DNA from: Lingula anatina
Lineage: Eukaryota > Animalia > Brachiopoda
Length of the DNA stretch: 64,000 nucleotides
NCBI GenBank assembly: GCA_051362555.1
Contig: CM120640.1
Coordinates: 58,444,788-58,508,787 of the forward strand
Direction: 5' to 3'
Shown piece by piece: positions 1 to 24,600 of this stretch. How positions within the stretch are numbered: position 1 is the first letter of the stretch; each line of letters starts with the position of its first letter. The translations under genes and the position numbers were made by a program. The notes under the pieces were generated by a model that made no database searches, had not been told where the DNA came from, and saw nothing but the letters and a program-made list of their open reading frames with translations.

Positions 1-3000
1 TCTGAATAAGGCATTAGGAGGAAAAAACATCAGGAAGGAGGGTTTATACTTTATTGGGATTGCTGAGATGATAATAATAATAACACACCTTCTAGCCTGA
101 ACAGGTAGGTGGAATTGACATTTTTTGACATCTTTCCAAGTATTAGTGGCAGGTGCATTTGTCTCCCACCACGGAGCTAGTAGGCTTTATTTCTATTTCT
201 TCCATCAGATTCGAAATATCTAACAGTGAGTGAAGTACAGCAACAAGGAAAGCTGTCTGGTTTGATGGATTTGTATGCTGTCCACATGTTGCCTCAGTGA
301 GTAGATGACAGACAGCACATGATTGTTGTAGTAAGAACTGTCATTGTTTTACAAGTCCTCCTACTTGCATGCTACAACTCATCAGTACCAGTTGCACATG
401 GGAGGGACCATGTGGTAGTTATTGGAATTTATCTCTACCAACATGTGAATTACAATAGGTCTGGATCTATGTGCCTGGCACTCCAGCTTTTCCTCTGCTG
501 TTGAATCTTCAGCAGACCTTAAAGTGGACAAGCTGTGGGCTTTCTTATCGCTGGGATATTAAAGAGTTAAATTATTACCCTGGCTTATCAGGTAATTTCA
601 TCTGGATTAAAAGGGCTACATGATGAAGGGGTTGTTTTCTTTAATGGCCAATCTGATAGCTGTGTGGGTCATACAGGTAGTAATAAGCTGTCAGATGCTG
701 GGTAGATCCAGTTACTGAATTCAGCAGCTGAATGAGACATACAGAAAGGAGACCAGTCAGGCGGAGACAGACTCTTGGGACAGTTGACTGGGTAAAGAAG
801 CCTGCTGTGACAGGTTGTGAGGGCTTTTATCTTCTTACAGAACCCATAGAGCACACACTACTTCTGTGTGCCCCACTCCACAGTGCCAGGGCCAGCACCA
901 CTTACTGAGGACTACTTCTGGGGTTTTATCTTGACACGTTTGACAGGTTGATGTGACTGGAAGGTAATCTCTTTATCCAAGCTTCTCTGATCAGAAGTGA
1001 GGTTGTTTATCAGCAGCAGGTAGCAGGATGAGACAGATGTCTCTGTGAGAGAAGGACAGGCAACAGTGATAATTACATCCTTCAACACAAGGATATTTGA
1101 TCCAAACAGCTACCCCTCCTCCGCGTGGAGGTTGTATGGAGTATGCATGTGATGACAAGACTTTGGATCTGACTCATAGAAAATGTCAACCATGTTGCCA
1201 CGGGGATGAGTGACATGCCACAGGGATTCTGGCCAATTTTCTCCCGACTTGCTATTCAATATCAATGTGCTAATACCAAGCATTTGGGAAATAATTGACA
1301 CAGGAAAGGTTATATGTTTACTTTGGCTCTGTTATGTTTTCAAGATAGTTGTCTGATCTCACATGTGGTTGCACGAAATGAAATGGATTTTCTCTGGATA
1401 TTATATAGGTTTTTTATTTTCTTGGAAAAGTTTCTAGTACCTCATTATCAAGAAATACTTAACACACTGTATTTCTTCTGAAGAAGGAAATCAGCTCAAG
1501 AGACACAGCAAGTGTTTTGCACCAGAGAAAGATGGATTTTGAAGTAGGGGCTATCTTTATTACTGGATTGGTGTTGAATGATGCCTCTTCAGCATTCTAG
1601 AGTACAAGTATGTCAAGTAATGGCATCTCTGGAGTGATAAGTAGCCATAAAACAGGGCCTGTTTGCTATTTAGTCTGTCCTCCTTGCGGGCCATCATAAT
1701 GATGATAAATTGAAGCAGCAAGTTATTATACAGGGGGATGTTTAGGTTGTTTTTTGGCATGAGGTATCACTGCTGATCCAATTTCCATCTATTAATTTGT
1801 AGTCTTAAGGCAGTGGGCCGCTCTCTACTGATTCTGCTGTATCTGGAGGAAGGATATAAAATCAACAGGAATAGATGGAGTGCCGTGTAGAACAGTTTGT
1901 TTGTCTTGCTGTTCCTAGTGAGCAGAGGATGGTGTCAAGAAGTTTGTTCACCTGGTTTAAATATCAAGAAATTAACTGGTTGTTTATGGAGCATTTTATG
2001 AGGCTTGTTGGAACCTATCTTTGACTGAAGGTCAGGAGGCTTTTTATTGCGCTCCCGCTGCTATACTATTAAAGTAAGTTTGTGTGGGTTCCCAAGTTTC
2101 TGCTTGGAGTTTTGTTCTTCTTTTTAAAAAAGGAAGACCCTTATCTGCAGGGATGCTAGTCTACCTTAGAAGGTGAGTGATTATATACGGCTCATACCAG
2201 GCATTGAGAGATGTCAGCCCGTCAAGTAAGGGTAGGAAAAGACATGCATTTATGTGTGGATATATTGTCTTCGTCACCTGTGGTTTCCACTACATGCTCA
2301 ACAGGATGGGACAAGCTGTCAGCTTTTTTCTCCAAATGACAGGATTTGCATTAATATATTTTGAATTTCTTTTTTCCCTTCACAATCATCATTCTTTAGA
2401 ATTTTTCTCCTCAACAAAGAACGGTGTACCCAGTGGCCTTGAGTCATAAAAGGGAGAGGGTGAAGGATCAGTGAGTGGATGCAAATTGACATGTTTAGTG
2501 GCTCATACTATTATCTGCACTTTGTATAGGCACTTCAGTTGAAGTCTCAAGCACTTGTTCCCCTAGCTGAGACTGGTGAGTGACTTTTGGATAAAAACAG
2601 GCTAGAGAATAAAGACTGAAGGAGTCTTCTACTCATCTATCCTACACTGTCAAGGACCACCCAGATGGCGCCTCAAAAAAAAAAGAAAGAGTTACACTAG
2701 GGGCGTAAAGGGTTAATATGCACCAAGCAATCTAAATACTGGCAGTAGGATATGTATGGCTTTTCAATTGGACGTGTACCATTAAAAAAACAGTTGCCAA
2801 GTGGTTTTCTGTTCAGCTAGATGAATCTATTGCCCATAAGGGACTATTTTGCTTTTGGTTGGAATGAGTTGTGTGTCAGAAAATAAATGGGCCTTTGTAA
2901 GCCCAGCTAACTGGGTCGTATTTAGTCCAGCTCAGACCTAATGGTTAATGATAACTTTATAGTGACTAGGTATACAATATGTATATTAGGAGAATTTGAT

Positions 3001-4884
3001 CCAGTGAATTTTTTTATTTTTTATGTTTTTATTTCACTCTCTTGGTAAACTCCCAGGTATGCAGATTAAGGATTTGATGTATAGTAAAGTCTATGGTAAA
3101 GCAAATGGAAGCCTGCCATCTTTATGATCCATGAGAGTCAAGATGAGTCAAAGTAATATTCACTTCAGGATGCATGCCATGATCTCAGAGGAATGGAGGG
3201 GAAAAACAATTTGCTGAAAGAATTACTTACGGCTTAGCTAGCACATTGCGTCACCAGCCAAGGACATCCTGGCACATTGCCATTTGTTTACCCTTAATGC
3301 GGCACTTCTTGACACCCTGGTCATCGCTCTGTGCACTGTACATAGACTGGTATGTGATAATAAGTCAAAAATGTGGCCCCGGGGATGGGGTCATCACGTC
3401 TCACCTGTGTCTTTGATTACAAAATGTCAGATGTCACAGCGCCTGCAGTGGTGCATGCTCTTTTGCCCTCTTATTTGTACCTCGTTGTAAAAACTTGTGA
3501 TGCGTGCAGCTTTGTCTGCAGTTAAGCTCGAGACACATAAGGCTTCAGTTGCAGACAGAAAATTGGTCAGAAATCAAGTTTAGGAGGATGGAGTTGTGGT
3601 GCACTCATCTCTGCATTACCAAGCCAAGCTTTGCTAGGATGTTACAGAAGATGGTAACAACTTAATTCTCTTTATTCTAGAATAGAGTTAGAATGATACA
3701 TAGGGAGGTCTAGCAAATGTAATACACATAAAGCAATAAGGAAACTGAAGACTAGATAAAAGGTTTGTGTTTAAGAAAGGAAGAAGAGGAGAAATCTGAA
3801 ATTGCTTGTATGACATTTCTGCATGGTATTTATGTGAATAAGCAGTGGCTGTGACTAAAGAATTGCATGCCAGATTTTCTGTAGTGAAGAGCCGGGTAAT
3901 AGGAATACTTCAACATGTGAGACGCATAGGAGGTGGAAAACATGCTAGTTTATTGTTGATATCTAATCACATTGCTGTTTCACACGATTATATGTTGCAA
4001 ATTAAGCAATTACAGCCAAAAAAAAAAAAAAAGACTTGGTATAGTTACCAGCCTTGAAAATAATCTCTTCTTCCCTAATTTCTATATTGCATGCAAGCTC
4101 AGAGTTTTTCACTCAGACAGAGGTCAGGCAATGATTTGCATGATAGTGAGAAAAGCTGGCGGTAGCAGTGTTGATTTTTGTTGAAGAGAAAAGAATTTCA
4201 AAGGCGATGGTACCTATCACAGATCAGTCTTTGTCTGCAGGCCTTAAGTTGCCTGGTGCTTTAACTCACTGTCGCTACTCTCATTGCTGTTGGTAAATGG
4301 GGTGTCATTGTTGCAGTAAAAAATAGGCAGGTCACATGTCAGGGGATCAGTGTAGGTCAAGGAGCCCCCAGCCATCAGACAAGCTATGCTCAAATATTTA
4401 GACAGTATTCTCCATAGTGAAAAAGATATTGCTAAGTGGAAATGCCATACTTTGAGCCATTTAAGTGTTTGGTGATAATATACATTTCATATCTTTTGTC
4501 TGAGATAACTGTCCAGAAAGGGTTTAGTTGACTAGGCAGACATGAAAGGGCTCTGTCAATCCCTTACCTTCTTCATCGGGTCACGATGTGTTTGTGACAT
4601 TTGACTTCACATGTCATTCCACTCATTGCACACATTGAAGGAGACAGGATGATAATAGTTTTTCACTCAACTAGAAAACAATTTTGACGACTTCCCCTCG
4701 AATTGTTGGTGGAACCACACACCATAACCTTCAGCCTTGGCATCATAAAACCATGTTGTTTCTCACAACAGAGCAACTGTTATTTTATTGCAGACTATAA
4801 TCCACACATTTGTTTTTATGAGAGTTTGGATATGTCATTTACGGCCAATATTTACCAGAGTTCTCACATTTTTATTTTTTGCAG

Positions 4885-15421
<10,537 letters not shown>

Positions 15422-17329
15422 ATCTGTACTGGATACAGTATCTGTAAATGAAGCAGCAGAGCATGCTATAATATTGCTGCCTAAAAAATGTGCAAATTAT
15501 TGAAAATTTAATATCATGTAAAAATTATTTCTACTGTTTTGTATGTTGTAGATTTTTCCTATGGTTGTACATTAATAAAGATAATTATAATGTGTCTGTG
15601 AAAATGTAATATCATAACTATTATATTGTATGTGGCCCATAATGTACAAAGTACATTTTTTTGCATCTTGGAATACTTTTGCACAGAAAAGTAAATTATG
15701 TTAGAAGCCCGAACATTGTCAAATATGACAATTAAATATGATTTACACTGCCATGTCAAACAGCATGAATAGAGGAAGGTCTCTAAATGTGACTGTCAGA
15801 ATAAGTTCTGCATTCCATGTGATTATATAATTAATAGCAGCAACAGCTACCTGCAAAGAACTACTCGTCTCAAAGACGCCCAAACTCAAAGATGAGATGT
15901 ATGGTAGCATCAATTGTTTGTGCTTTTGCACTAAAACTCTACCAAATTTATCACTAAATAGACTGAAGTAGAGAATTATTTACTGGTTGATGACCAGACT
16001 AATAATGAATGAAAGATCAGAAATAAATTCAGGGTGCAGATTATGTAGCATTTGGCAGAGTTGAAGTAATTGTCTTAGTTGTTAAGTATTAACAAGCAAG
16101 AGAGTGAAGAAGCCTTCATAAATCTATTCAATGATTAGATGCCCATTTATAATATTATTTGTTAATATGGCTATTTCAAGCCTATTTATACAGCAATCCT
16201 TTACATTAGGTACATACCAGCAAGATAATTATTTCAGGCTTTTTATGCATTAATATGTATTTTATAAGTCTTGCCTTGTCCTTTCGTGAAAGTTTCTATC
16301 CTGTAAAGAAATCATGTTCTACATTTTACTGTGAAGATAATAAATAGCCTACAGCAATGGTGGTGAAGTATCAGTGGTTTCAAATGGGTGTCCCCTTTGT
16401 GTGCGATAAGTTATAGTGAGCTTTATATCCAGTTCAAAATTTTCCTTTGAAATACATTTTTTAATGGTTTATAAAGATGTTATGGCAAATATACATGTAT
16501 TTGTTCAGACAGTACTGTGTAAAAAGTAGAAAAGCTGATGTTAAGTGTACAGGTGCGAAAAATAAATTTATTGAACTATATGATCATTGTGTTGCTCTGT
16601 TTTTCCTTAAAAAAAAAGCTGTGTTTGTGTTTCTTTTTGGCATCAACATAAGAATTGTAAATACAGTAACATGGAGCTTATAAATGATTAAATTTGCAAT
16701 TCATGTGTAAAATTTTATTCATCGCTTCGCTGAAGATTCACTTTGAAGTAATTGTAAGTTGTTGGCCATTAGCTGTTCAAATGGGCTGGATATTCTATCC
16801 GGCTACAGAATGATGTTATGATTGCATCACTGAAAACAGAAGTTGCATGAACATGGCTTATCCTCGGTAAAGAATGTCACCCCTAATGTCTACCTTATAT
16901 CCACATGGCTGTTTCTGCTGCCATCGTTGGCAACCTATAATTACAAAACTTTTTTGTCTTTCTTTGAATTTACAGGGAGCTTGAATATGACAAAAAGCAG
17001 GCTCAGTTTGAATAGCTGCATAATTATTTTTACTTATAATTTAAAGGGATGATAACTCTTCGTTTGAGATATATATTTCACAGCGAAGAGTTTTTATCCC
17101 TTTAATAACTTACAGATTACACACTGTTTAGCATACATGCATATACCCCTTTTTAGACAGGCCACTACTGGTATTGAGGCTGAAATTGCCAAGGAAGTAT
17201 TTTTTCATTTCTGTTATCATCTTTCTTGTTAAGTCGCCATTAAGTCTGTTTTATATATAATTTATTATGTAAACCTTGCTGTCTGGCTAAAACCAATTAT
17301 AATTTATTTGAACGTTTACAGAACATTCA

Positions 17330-17335
17330 AATAAA
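17330..17335 (+). terminator. probable polyadenylation signal (AATAAA) of AUTS2-like gene
   Basis: AATAAA at the end of a long AT-rich, CpG-poor stretch after the stop; CpG-containing sequence resumes shortly after. An alternative AATAAA is at 16561-16566. Confidence 0.35.
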
Positions 17336-18489
17336 CCTTTGATTTATCTATGAGAAACACATGATACACCCCCTCTGTTTCCCAGTGTACTGGAAATTCA
17401 AATCTACTATCGGCTATGCTTGGTAGTGTATTTAAAAAAATAACTGTCAGAACTCTTAACTTCGGGTGTAGCTTACTCATGAGCAACGGATATGTTTATA
17501 AGGAAAGAGGTTTACGAACAACGTAATACAGGTGAGTCTTTATTATTCACTCAGACTACAGCCACCGGCGCTTATCTAATGAATGTTTTTCGGTTGTTAA
17601 TGCATTGAAAGCAAAGGGAAAAACATCATTAGTAAATTTAATAAAGACTTTAAGGTAATTCCAAATTACTCACTGTACAGCTCCGTCTTTTTTAAGACTG
17701 GAAGAGGTGTATGGGTCTTTTCCTCCCTCCATCTGGGCTGGGGTTCGTTTTGGCAGAAGCAATATGGTAGTTGTTTTTCCCCAACAAGTTTTTATATCTT
17801 TTGCGGCACATTCATTTCTTACAATATATTTTTTCTCCAAACTCTTCACTTTTGTTTCTCTTTGGAAATGTTATTCAAAAAGAAGACAACTGTTTTACAT
17901 AAAGTTGATTAAGAACATCATTTTATAAAACTAAAATTGAACTAACAAATTTTTCTAATAATACTATTTTCCTATACAAGCTGAAACTTTGGTTAAACCA
18001 ATTTGCTGTTAAAAAAGAATAATCTTGGATTACGCACAAAAACCATATTTTATGTTTTCGCCTTCCTCTCTGTTTGAATCCATTCATAGGCCTTTGGCAA
18101 CAGTAAAACGGTTAAAATATTGTTGTATAAAAATAAATATTGTTGTATAAATACTGTAGCACGATTTGTACCAATGCACGTTTATCGTCAGGCTTTAAAA
18201 ACGGATTAAGTGTTTACTAACACTAACATTAACACCCATATTAACCAACAAACACACAAATTAACCAGCACTACCAGAGCGGATGAATGTTAGTGCTATG
18301 TATCGCCTTGTTGGTGCTAAATAATTGTACGGTTATAGTATCGGGGGACTACTGTTTTATTTTCGATTTCTTTATTCAGGATCGAATATGAGGTGATAAT
18401 GTCACTTAGTGTGCCCTAAGCGCTTGGATACAATGTTTTATACATAATTCCTAATTCAATGGTAGCTTTATCATCTGTCCTGAAATTCA

Positions 18490-19060
18490 GGGAAGGGGTA
18501 GCATGTTTGGTCTTGATTTCGTCAGCATGCTTCTTGATGGCTATATAGACCTATTTTTGATTTACGTGCTCTTCGACGCTGAGCATTTGCTGGCTGGACA
18601 TTTTTACACTCTTTCCTTTGCGTCCTCTTTCTCTTTCGCTGCTGCTACTCGCTGCACTATACATTTAGCTGATGTTCTCGAAATCCAGGCCTTGTAAACA
18701 AAATTGCCGTTTGTGATCTCAATCCGCGGAATTGTGATCGCGAATGCCGAATCAACGACTTGAACTGAAAATTTGTTGTAAAAATACTTGAATTCTTTCT
18801 GTCAGATGCTTCCATTTGCCACGTGTTTGGATTTATGGTGCCAGTGCATGTTTTAATCTATCTTTTAAACCGTCTTATTTTATCTTATTTTTTATCTCTC
18901 CTTCTTTCCCTGTGACAGTTCTGAAATCCTTTAGACATTCTGGTGCAATCCATCTTAGAGACATGGCCTGACCATCTCAGTGCTTGACACTAAATGCATT
19001 TCTAAAACTTCAATATCAGAGATTTAATCTAGTTTCATAATTCATTTCTAGGTGATTGGC
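18490..19060 (-). mobile_element. degenerate 3' fragment of an RTE-clade non-LTR retrotransposon (LINE)
   Basis: Minus-strand translation across frameshifts gives, in the expected order: ISDIEVLE, ALRWSGHVSKMDCTRMSK, ELSQGK, RFK, INPNTWQMEASDRK, QRVAAAKEK and a terminal zinc-finger remnant KSKIGLYSHQEAC* (TGA at 18522-18524). These match the RTE ORF C-terminus (LRWxGHVxRM...CxxC...SRIGLxSHxRxC). Confidence 0.75.
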
Positions 19061-20693
19061 CAGACCACCATGTCTTCCTGCACATGAAGAAGGAAATATC
19101 GACATCACATACTTCTATATAAGTAGTTTTGTCATTTATAAAATCTGAATTTGACTATGGGATATTTTCGAACACGTATAATATACCTTAACTCATTGTT
19201 AATTACCCAACAGATTACCGTATAGGTTCTGGGAAGGGCATGCGTTCTATTTTGTCATCGCCGTTTGTCCAATCGTTCCAAGCAACCTTAAGAAAAAAAA
19301 TTACAACAAATGCAATCTGGAAAGTAAAATATTCCATTCTTGTTTGTTTTTCATTTGAGCCTTCCTTCCTTTCTGCAATCTGGATAGATTACCAAAACCT
19401 TGACATTTTCATTGCCTGTACGTCCGTGTAAATACTTTGGGCTCTGCACCAAACTTTAAAAGATTTTCTAAAATTACTCTTTTAATTTTTTAAAATTAAC
19501 TTATACTTTTTCAACTTAAAATTATTAACCATTGGTAAGTATGGGAAAAGTGTCGTTTACCCCAGGAAAATTCATTTTTGGCCTAAAGGAAGTTTTTTTT
19601 CTTTAAAAGAATGAGATAAGCCTGTCGTTTTTAATTGACATTATAAGTCAAGAGATGAAATCATCAGATATAAGATAGAAATATTGATATTTTGCTATTA
19701 AATTGATCAAAAAAAAAACAAAAAAAAAAAAAAACGATAAGATAAATAAACACCAAAACCAATATAGAGGTGCATTTCTCATGCTGAAATATCAATAAAT
19801 AAATAAATAAATAAAATTGAAAATATTCAAAGTTGCATTCATTTTTTTTAACACACGGGCGTCTCAGTTTTACATCTACTTTTTTTTACGATTTTTATAC
19901 ATTATATAAGGTGCCTAAGTGGTAACGTATGTTCCGCTACTAAAGTATGTTCCGGTCATATAATTTTCGGTCATATCGCGTTCCGTTATATTTTTTAGTG
20001 ATTCAGTCATGATAAATTACATATGACCAATAGAAGTATTTCTATGATATATAATGACGTAAGAATGTTTTATAAGTCTTTAAACTGTAAAAGGGGCTTT
20101 GCGTCGTGGCTAATACCACGTAACGTAGGCTATGTTCCCTAGAAAAACTGTCAGAAAGTTTCACCTTGTCCAAGTAGGCCTACTTGGTGCAATAGGATAC
20201 AGGGTTTTCTGTTGCTGACTAAAAAATATACTGTGATTCCAAGATAGTTTGGCATTTCTGATACGGAAAACAGTTTATTTAATGCTTATTTTAGACAGTT
20301 TACTGTCAGTAGGGTGTATTCGCCCCCCTCTCCCCCCTCCCCCATCTTTTTAATATTCAGTGACAAACAAACTGAAGTCGTTCAAAAAAGTTAACTGCTC
20401 TATAGGCCTACAGGTGTGTCAGGGGGTCCCTTCGTTTTCTGAAAAAATCACACCAATTGGAATCTGAATCATAGTTCTAAACTGTATCAAATGGCACAGT
20501 TCGCCCTCTAAATTACAAACATTTTTCGGAGCCCTTCAGCAGGCCCCGAACCCCACGCCAGGGGGGGGGGGGGTGAAGGTCGGCTTCGCATCCTCGGACC
20601 CCGCCGTTTCGTATCGTGTGGCAAAGGTCGAAAGAGGTCATTGGGTGTATGCTGCTCTTCTGTGGTTGGAGTCTGGTTTCAGCTGCAGCAGGG

Positions 20694-21581
20694 ATGGAGT
20701 CAAAAAGAAAACATGAGGACGAAGATCAGGAGCAGATTTCTCCAAAGAAAGTCCTAGTCAGTGAAGATAAACTTCTTAGTTTCTTTCGATGGTGCAGGGA
20801 AACTAATTTGCGTGTTAGTTCGAAGGTTTGTAGCGCTTTGAAATCGTGTTTTTTAACAGTTGACTATAGGTCATTTAAGGCAACCGGCGACCGCTGATGT
20901 TTTGATGACGATCTTTGTTTTCTTTGTTCATATATTTACTGTCAGCTCTGCGGTTGTTGTGGTTGGCGCGTTGTTGATTAAATTTTGGCTTTTTATGATA
21001 ATCTTTGAATGCTTGAGTAAGGACACTTGAGCTATTCCAATAAAACCTTATTCTTAATTTTGCGCAAGACTTGTCAGTTTGGAATCACTGACCGTGACGA
21101 TTTACAGTTTGAATTTGGTCAGCTTTTACAAGTGTAGCCTTTTGATCAAGTTTATTTCCATCAATGACTGGTAGCTGTTTAAAAGTGGACCATATACAAC
21201 TTTTTATACATACCATATGTTTTGTATTTCTAATATAGTTTTTAAGAACACTGTATACTTATTATGTAATAGTGTTTGCATTGTGTCTTTATCATGTTTT
21301 TATGGAATCAGTAAGCAGGAAGACTTTTATTTATATCACTTTAAAGAAGTTTTAATGTAAAAATTTGTTTCAGAGGCTCTGGCATGTTTAAATATTTATT
21401 TTTTTCATTAAATTCAAAACCTGAGATTGTTTAACACTGCTTACAGGATAAGTAGAAGTTGAAAAATGTCATTTTTTAATAACCTTTGATGGGAAAAAAG
21501 TCATGCAAGCATATATGTACATTGTTTTTTATTTTTCCAAGTTTTTATAAATGTCTGATGATTTATTTCTTTTAATTAAAT

Positions 21582-21616
<35 letters not shown>

Positions 21617-24600
21617 TTACTTGACAGCATCCTTCTCTCTTCAGGTTTTGGTCACGAAGTCTGGCTCTAGTGCCAATTATGGGATGGTGGCTACAGAAGA
21701 TATTCCTGAAGGGAAGTGCTTGTTTGAAATCCCACGTTCATTACTACTGTCTCCACAGACTTGTGCAATAGCACAGCTGCTAGAATCAGGTAAAATTACG
21801 GAGCTTGTAAGCTTGACAATTGGTATATTTGACTCATTCAAACTTTTGATTGCATGTTAATACATTAACTTCCACATCATCTTTTTATTTAATTGTACTG
21901 TTTGCAAACTTGAATCTGTAGCATTAAATTCACCCAATAGCAGTTCAATGTTATGTTTAAGTTAAAGGAAAAAACATTATTTGAATCAAAGTACAGAAGC
22001 ATGTTTATATAATTTAATTTTTAGAATCGTCTTCCATTGAAAGTCAGAGTGGCTGGGTTCCCCTTTTGCTGGCTCTTATGTATGAGTACACAAACCCACA
22101 GTCCAAATGGAAGCCTTATCTGGAGCTGGTTCCAGAGTTTGAAGAACTACACTTGCCAATGTTTTGGGAGAGGTAATGGGGTTGGATGCCCTTTGATTTT
22201 GAGTGTAAACTTTATGTACATCATTTACAACCTCTGTAAGCAGCTTGTTCTTTGTTGTACTTCTGTGGATGATAGGAAAGTAGCTATAAATCACAAAAAA
22301 AATCAGTGATATATTTTCCATGACATTCAAGTTTACCTTGAAAGGGACAGATAAAATTTGATATAGATATAGGACCTGAATATGTAGGAAATTAAATGTA
22401 TGTGAACTTGTGTTTAGAAAATAGAAGAAAACTTGGAACTTTTTTAAAATCATTCATTACATATACAATTTTACAACCAATTAATTTCTTTTAGCAATCT
22501 GTTTAATGTAGTGATCTTGTTAAAATATTTCAGGTCTGAAATGGAGCAAGAGTTGAGGGGAACTGGTGTAATAAAGAATGTGGACAGAGATTTGGAGTTC
22601 ATTGAAAAGGAGTTCAGTGGCATAGTACTGCCATTTGTGAAAAAGCATGAAGATGTGTTCCCGTAAGTCAATATTTATATTTGCTAATATATTGTGGAGC
22701 TGAGATGGTTTTGTTTCATTCCACCATCATCATTAAGAAGTTAATTTTGGTCAGATGCTTTTAATTTAAATGTAGTTCTTGTACTTAATCTCATCATATT
22801 TAATTTTCTAATATGCATAATATTGATTTGAATTGATCCATATCATTCACAATTTTAGGGCACTTTGTCAGGACTTTGAGTTCTATAAGAAGATGGTTGC
22901 ATTTGTAATGGCCTATAGTTTTACTGAACCAGTTAAATCTAATGAAAATGGCAATGAAGATGAGGAAAATGGAAATGATGAAGATGAAGATGAAGATGCA
23001 GAGAAAAAATCCCCTCCTATGATGGTCCCTATGGCAGATATCCTGAATCATGTAGCCAAAAACAATGCTCATTTGTCATTTGACAAAGACTGCTTGAGAA
23101 TGGTATCCACCAAACCAATTAGAGAGGTGTGTTTTTGTTCAAATAAACGGATTTTTGGAATCTGTAGGTGTTATTTAGTTAACAAATTTCGTCTGGAGTT
23201 ATAAGAACAGAGATATTCAATTATGGTCATTAAAACGATAGGAAAGGAGTACTACTGTGTAAGAATTCCCTGAATATCAGTGATTTTTATTACATTTTTT
23301 ATTTAAAGTATCATGCTCGTATTAATTGCTTTTCTTATTATATAAAATGGAGAAGACAATTTTTTTCATGTGTCTGTTCCATATTTTATCTAGGGAGAAG
23401 AAGTGTTCAACACATATGGTCAGTTGGCAAACTGGCAGCTGCTTCATATGTATGGGTTTGCAGAACCATATCCAAATAACAACTATGACACAGTGAGTAT
23501 ACAAACTGCATTCAGTTCCCTGTAAATGAAAGATAGACTGAAGTGTTATAATTATTGACCATTTTCATTCTACCCATGTCATAGTTTGCTTCCCAAGCTT
23601 TCTTTTTAGGGGATTCTACTGTTTGTTTATTCATTTTTTTTTATTTATAATAATTATTCAATTTTTTTTTCTGGAATAAAAAAATTGTAAACAGGGTATA
23701 GAATTGTGTGTGTGGTGTGGTTATATATTTTCAGTGGATTTTCTACATTCAACGAGACAAATTTCTCACTCCAGGTGGACCTTCCACTACAAATTCTGTA
23801 TGATGTTGCAAAGCAAGGTAAAGATGAAGAAGATCTCCAGCTCCTCACTGAGAAATGGCAAGTGCTGCAGGATATGGTGGGTAACCTTTGGGATGGATTG
23901 ATTTCTTTTTTATGGAATTTAACATTTTGTTGAAGTTATTATTTATTATTATGAATTTTTGTCATTTTTATCTTATATGTCATAGAACAAAAAAAGTAAA
24001 ATTATTAGAAATATTGAAAAAAATGAGAACATTTATCTGTGCTTTTACTTTTGTGTGGTTTCAGTCTGTGGTGGTTGATGATGCAGCCATCATTTTAGGG
24101 ACTTCTGGGATACTCACAGAGGAGGAAGCATATCAAACCTTGAAGGTAGAAAATTTGGCAAGATATTTTTGTCAATATTTATTGGCTGATGTTAATGCCA
24201 GATATCAATGGAGATTTGTGGAAGTACATGTAAGAGAAGTGAGTGGAGAAGGCTGGGAGACTTTCTAAGAACACAGTACAAAGCCGTGGCTTAGATGTAA
24301 TCTTCAGTATGGTGTAACAGTAGACCAATAGAATCAGAAATGAAACCACTGGGCTAGTAATTATAGAAACCGGTCAAAAAGAAGAAATTGTAAATGTTAA
24401 AAAAATCAAAGTTTAACTAATTTCAACCATAAGAAAAGGCTAAAAGATCTGTAAATATGTATTGAGTGGTCACACTTTTTTCCTATTTTCAGGTCCTTTG
24501 CATGAATAAAGAGGAATTTGCTGCATTAAAAGAAAACATTGGATGGATGGAAGTAGATGATGATATATCATTGAAGAACAGTAAGTACTTGAGACAGATA

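Noticed and set aside
319-4700. Many 60-90 aa ORFs in the upstream region
   Set aside because: No recognisable domains and mostly non-ATG or low-quality starts; consistent with random ORFs in the long AUTS2 intron.
18600-18764. Coding-looking minus-strand segment (QVVDSAFAITIPR...QRVAAAKEK) as a host exon
   Set aside because: Its 3' part matches the RTE ORF C-terminus and lies between other RTE motifs.
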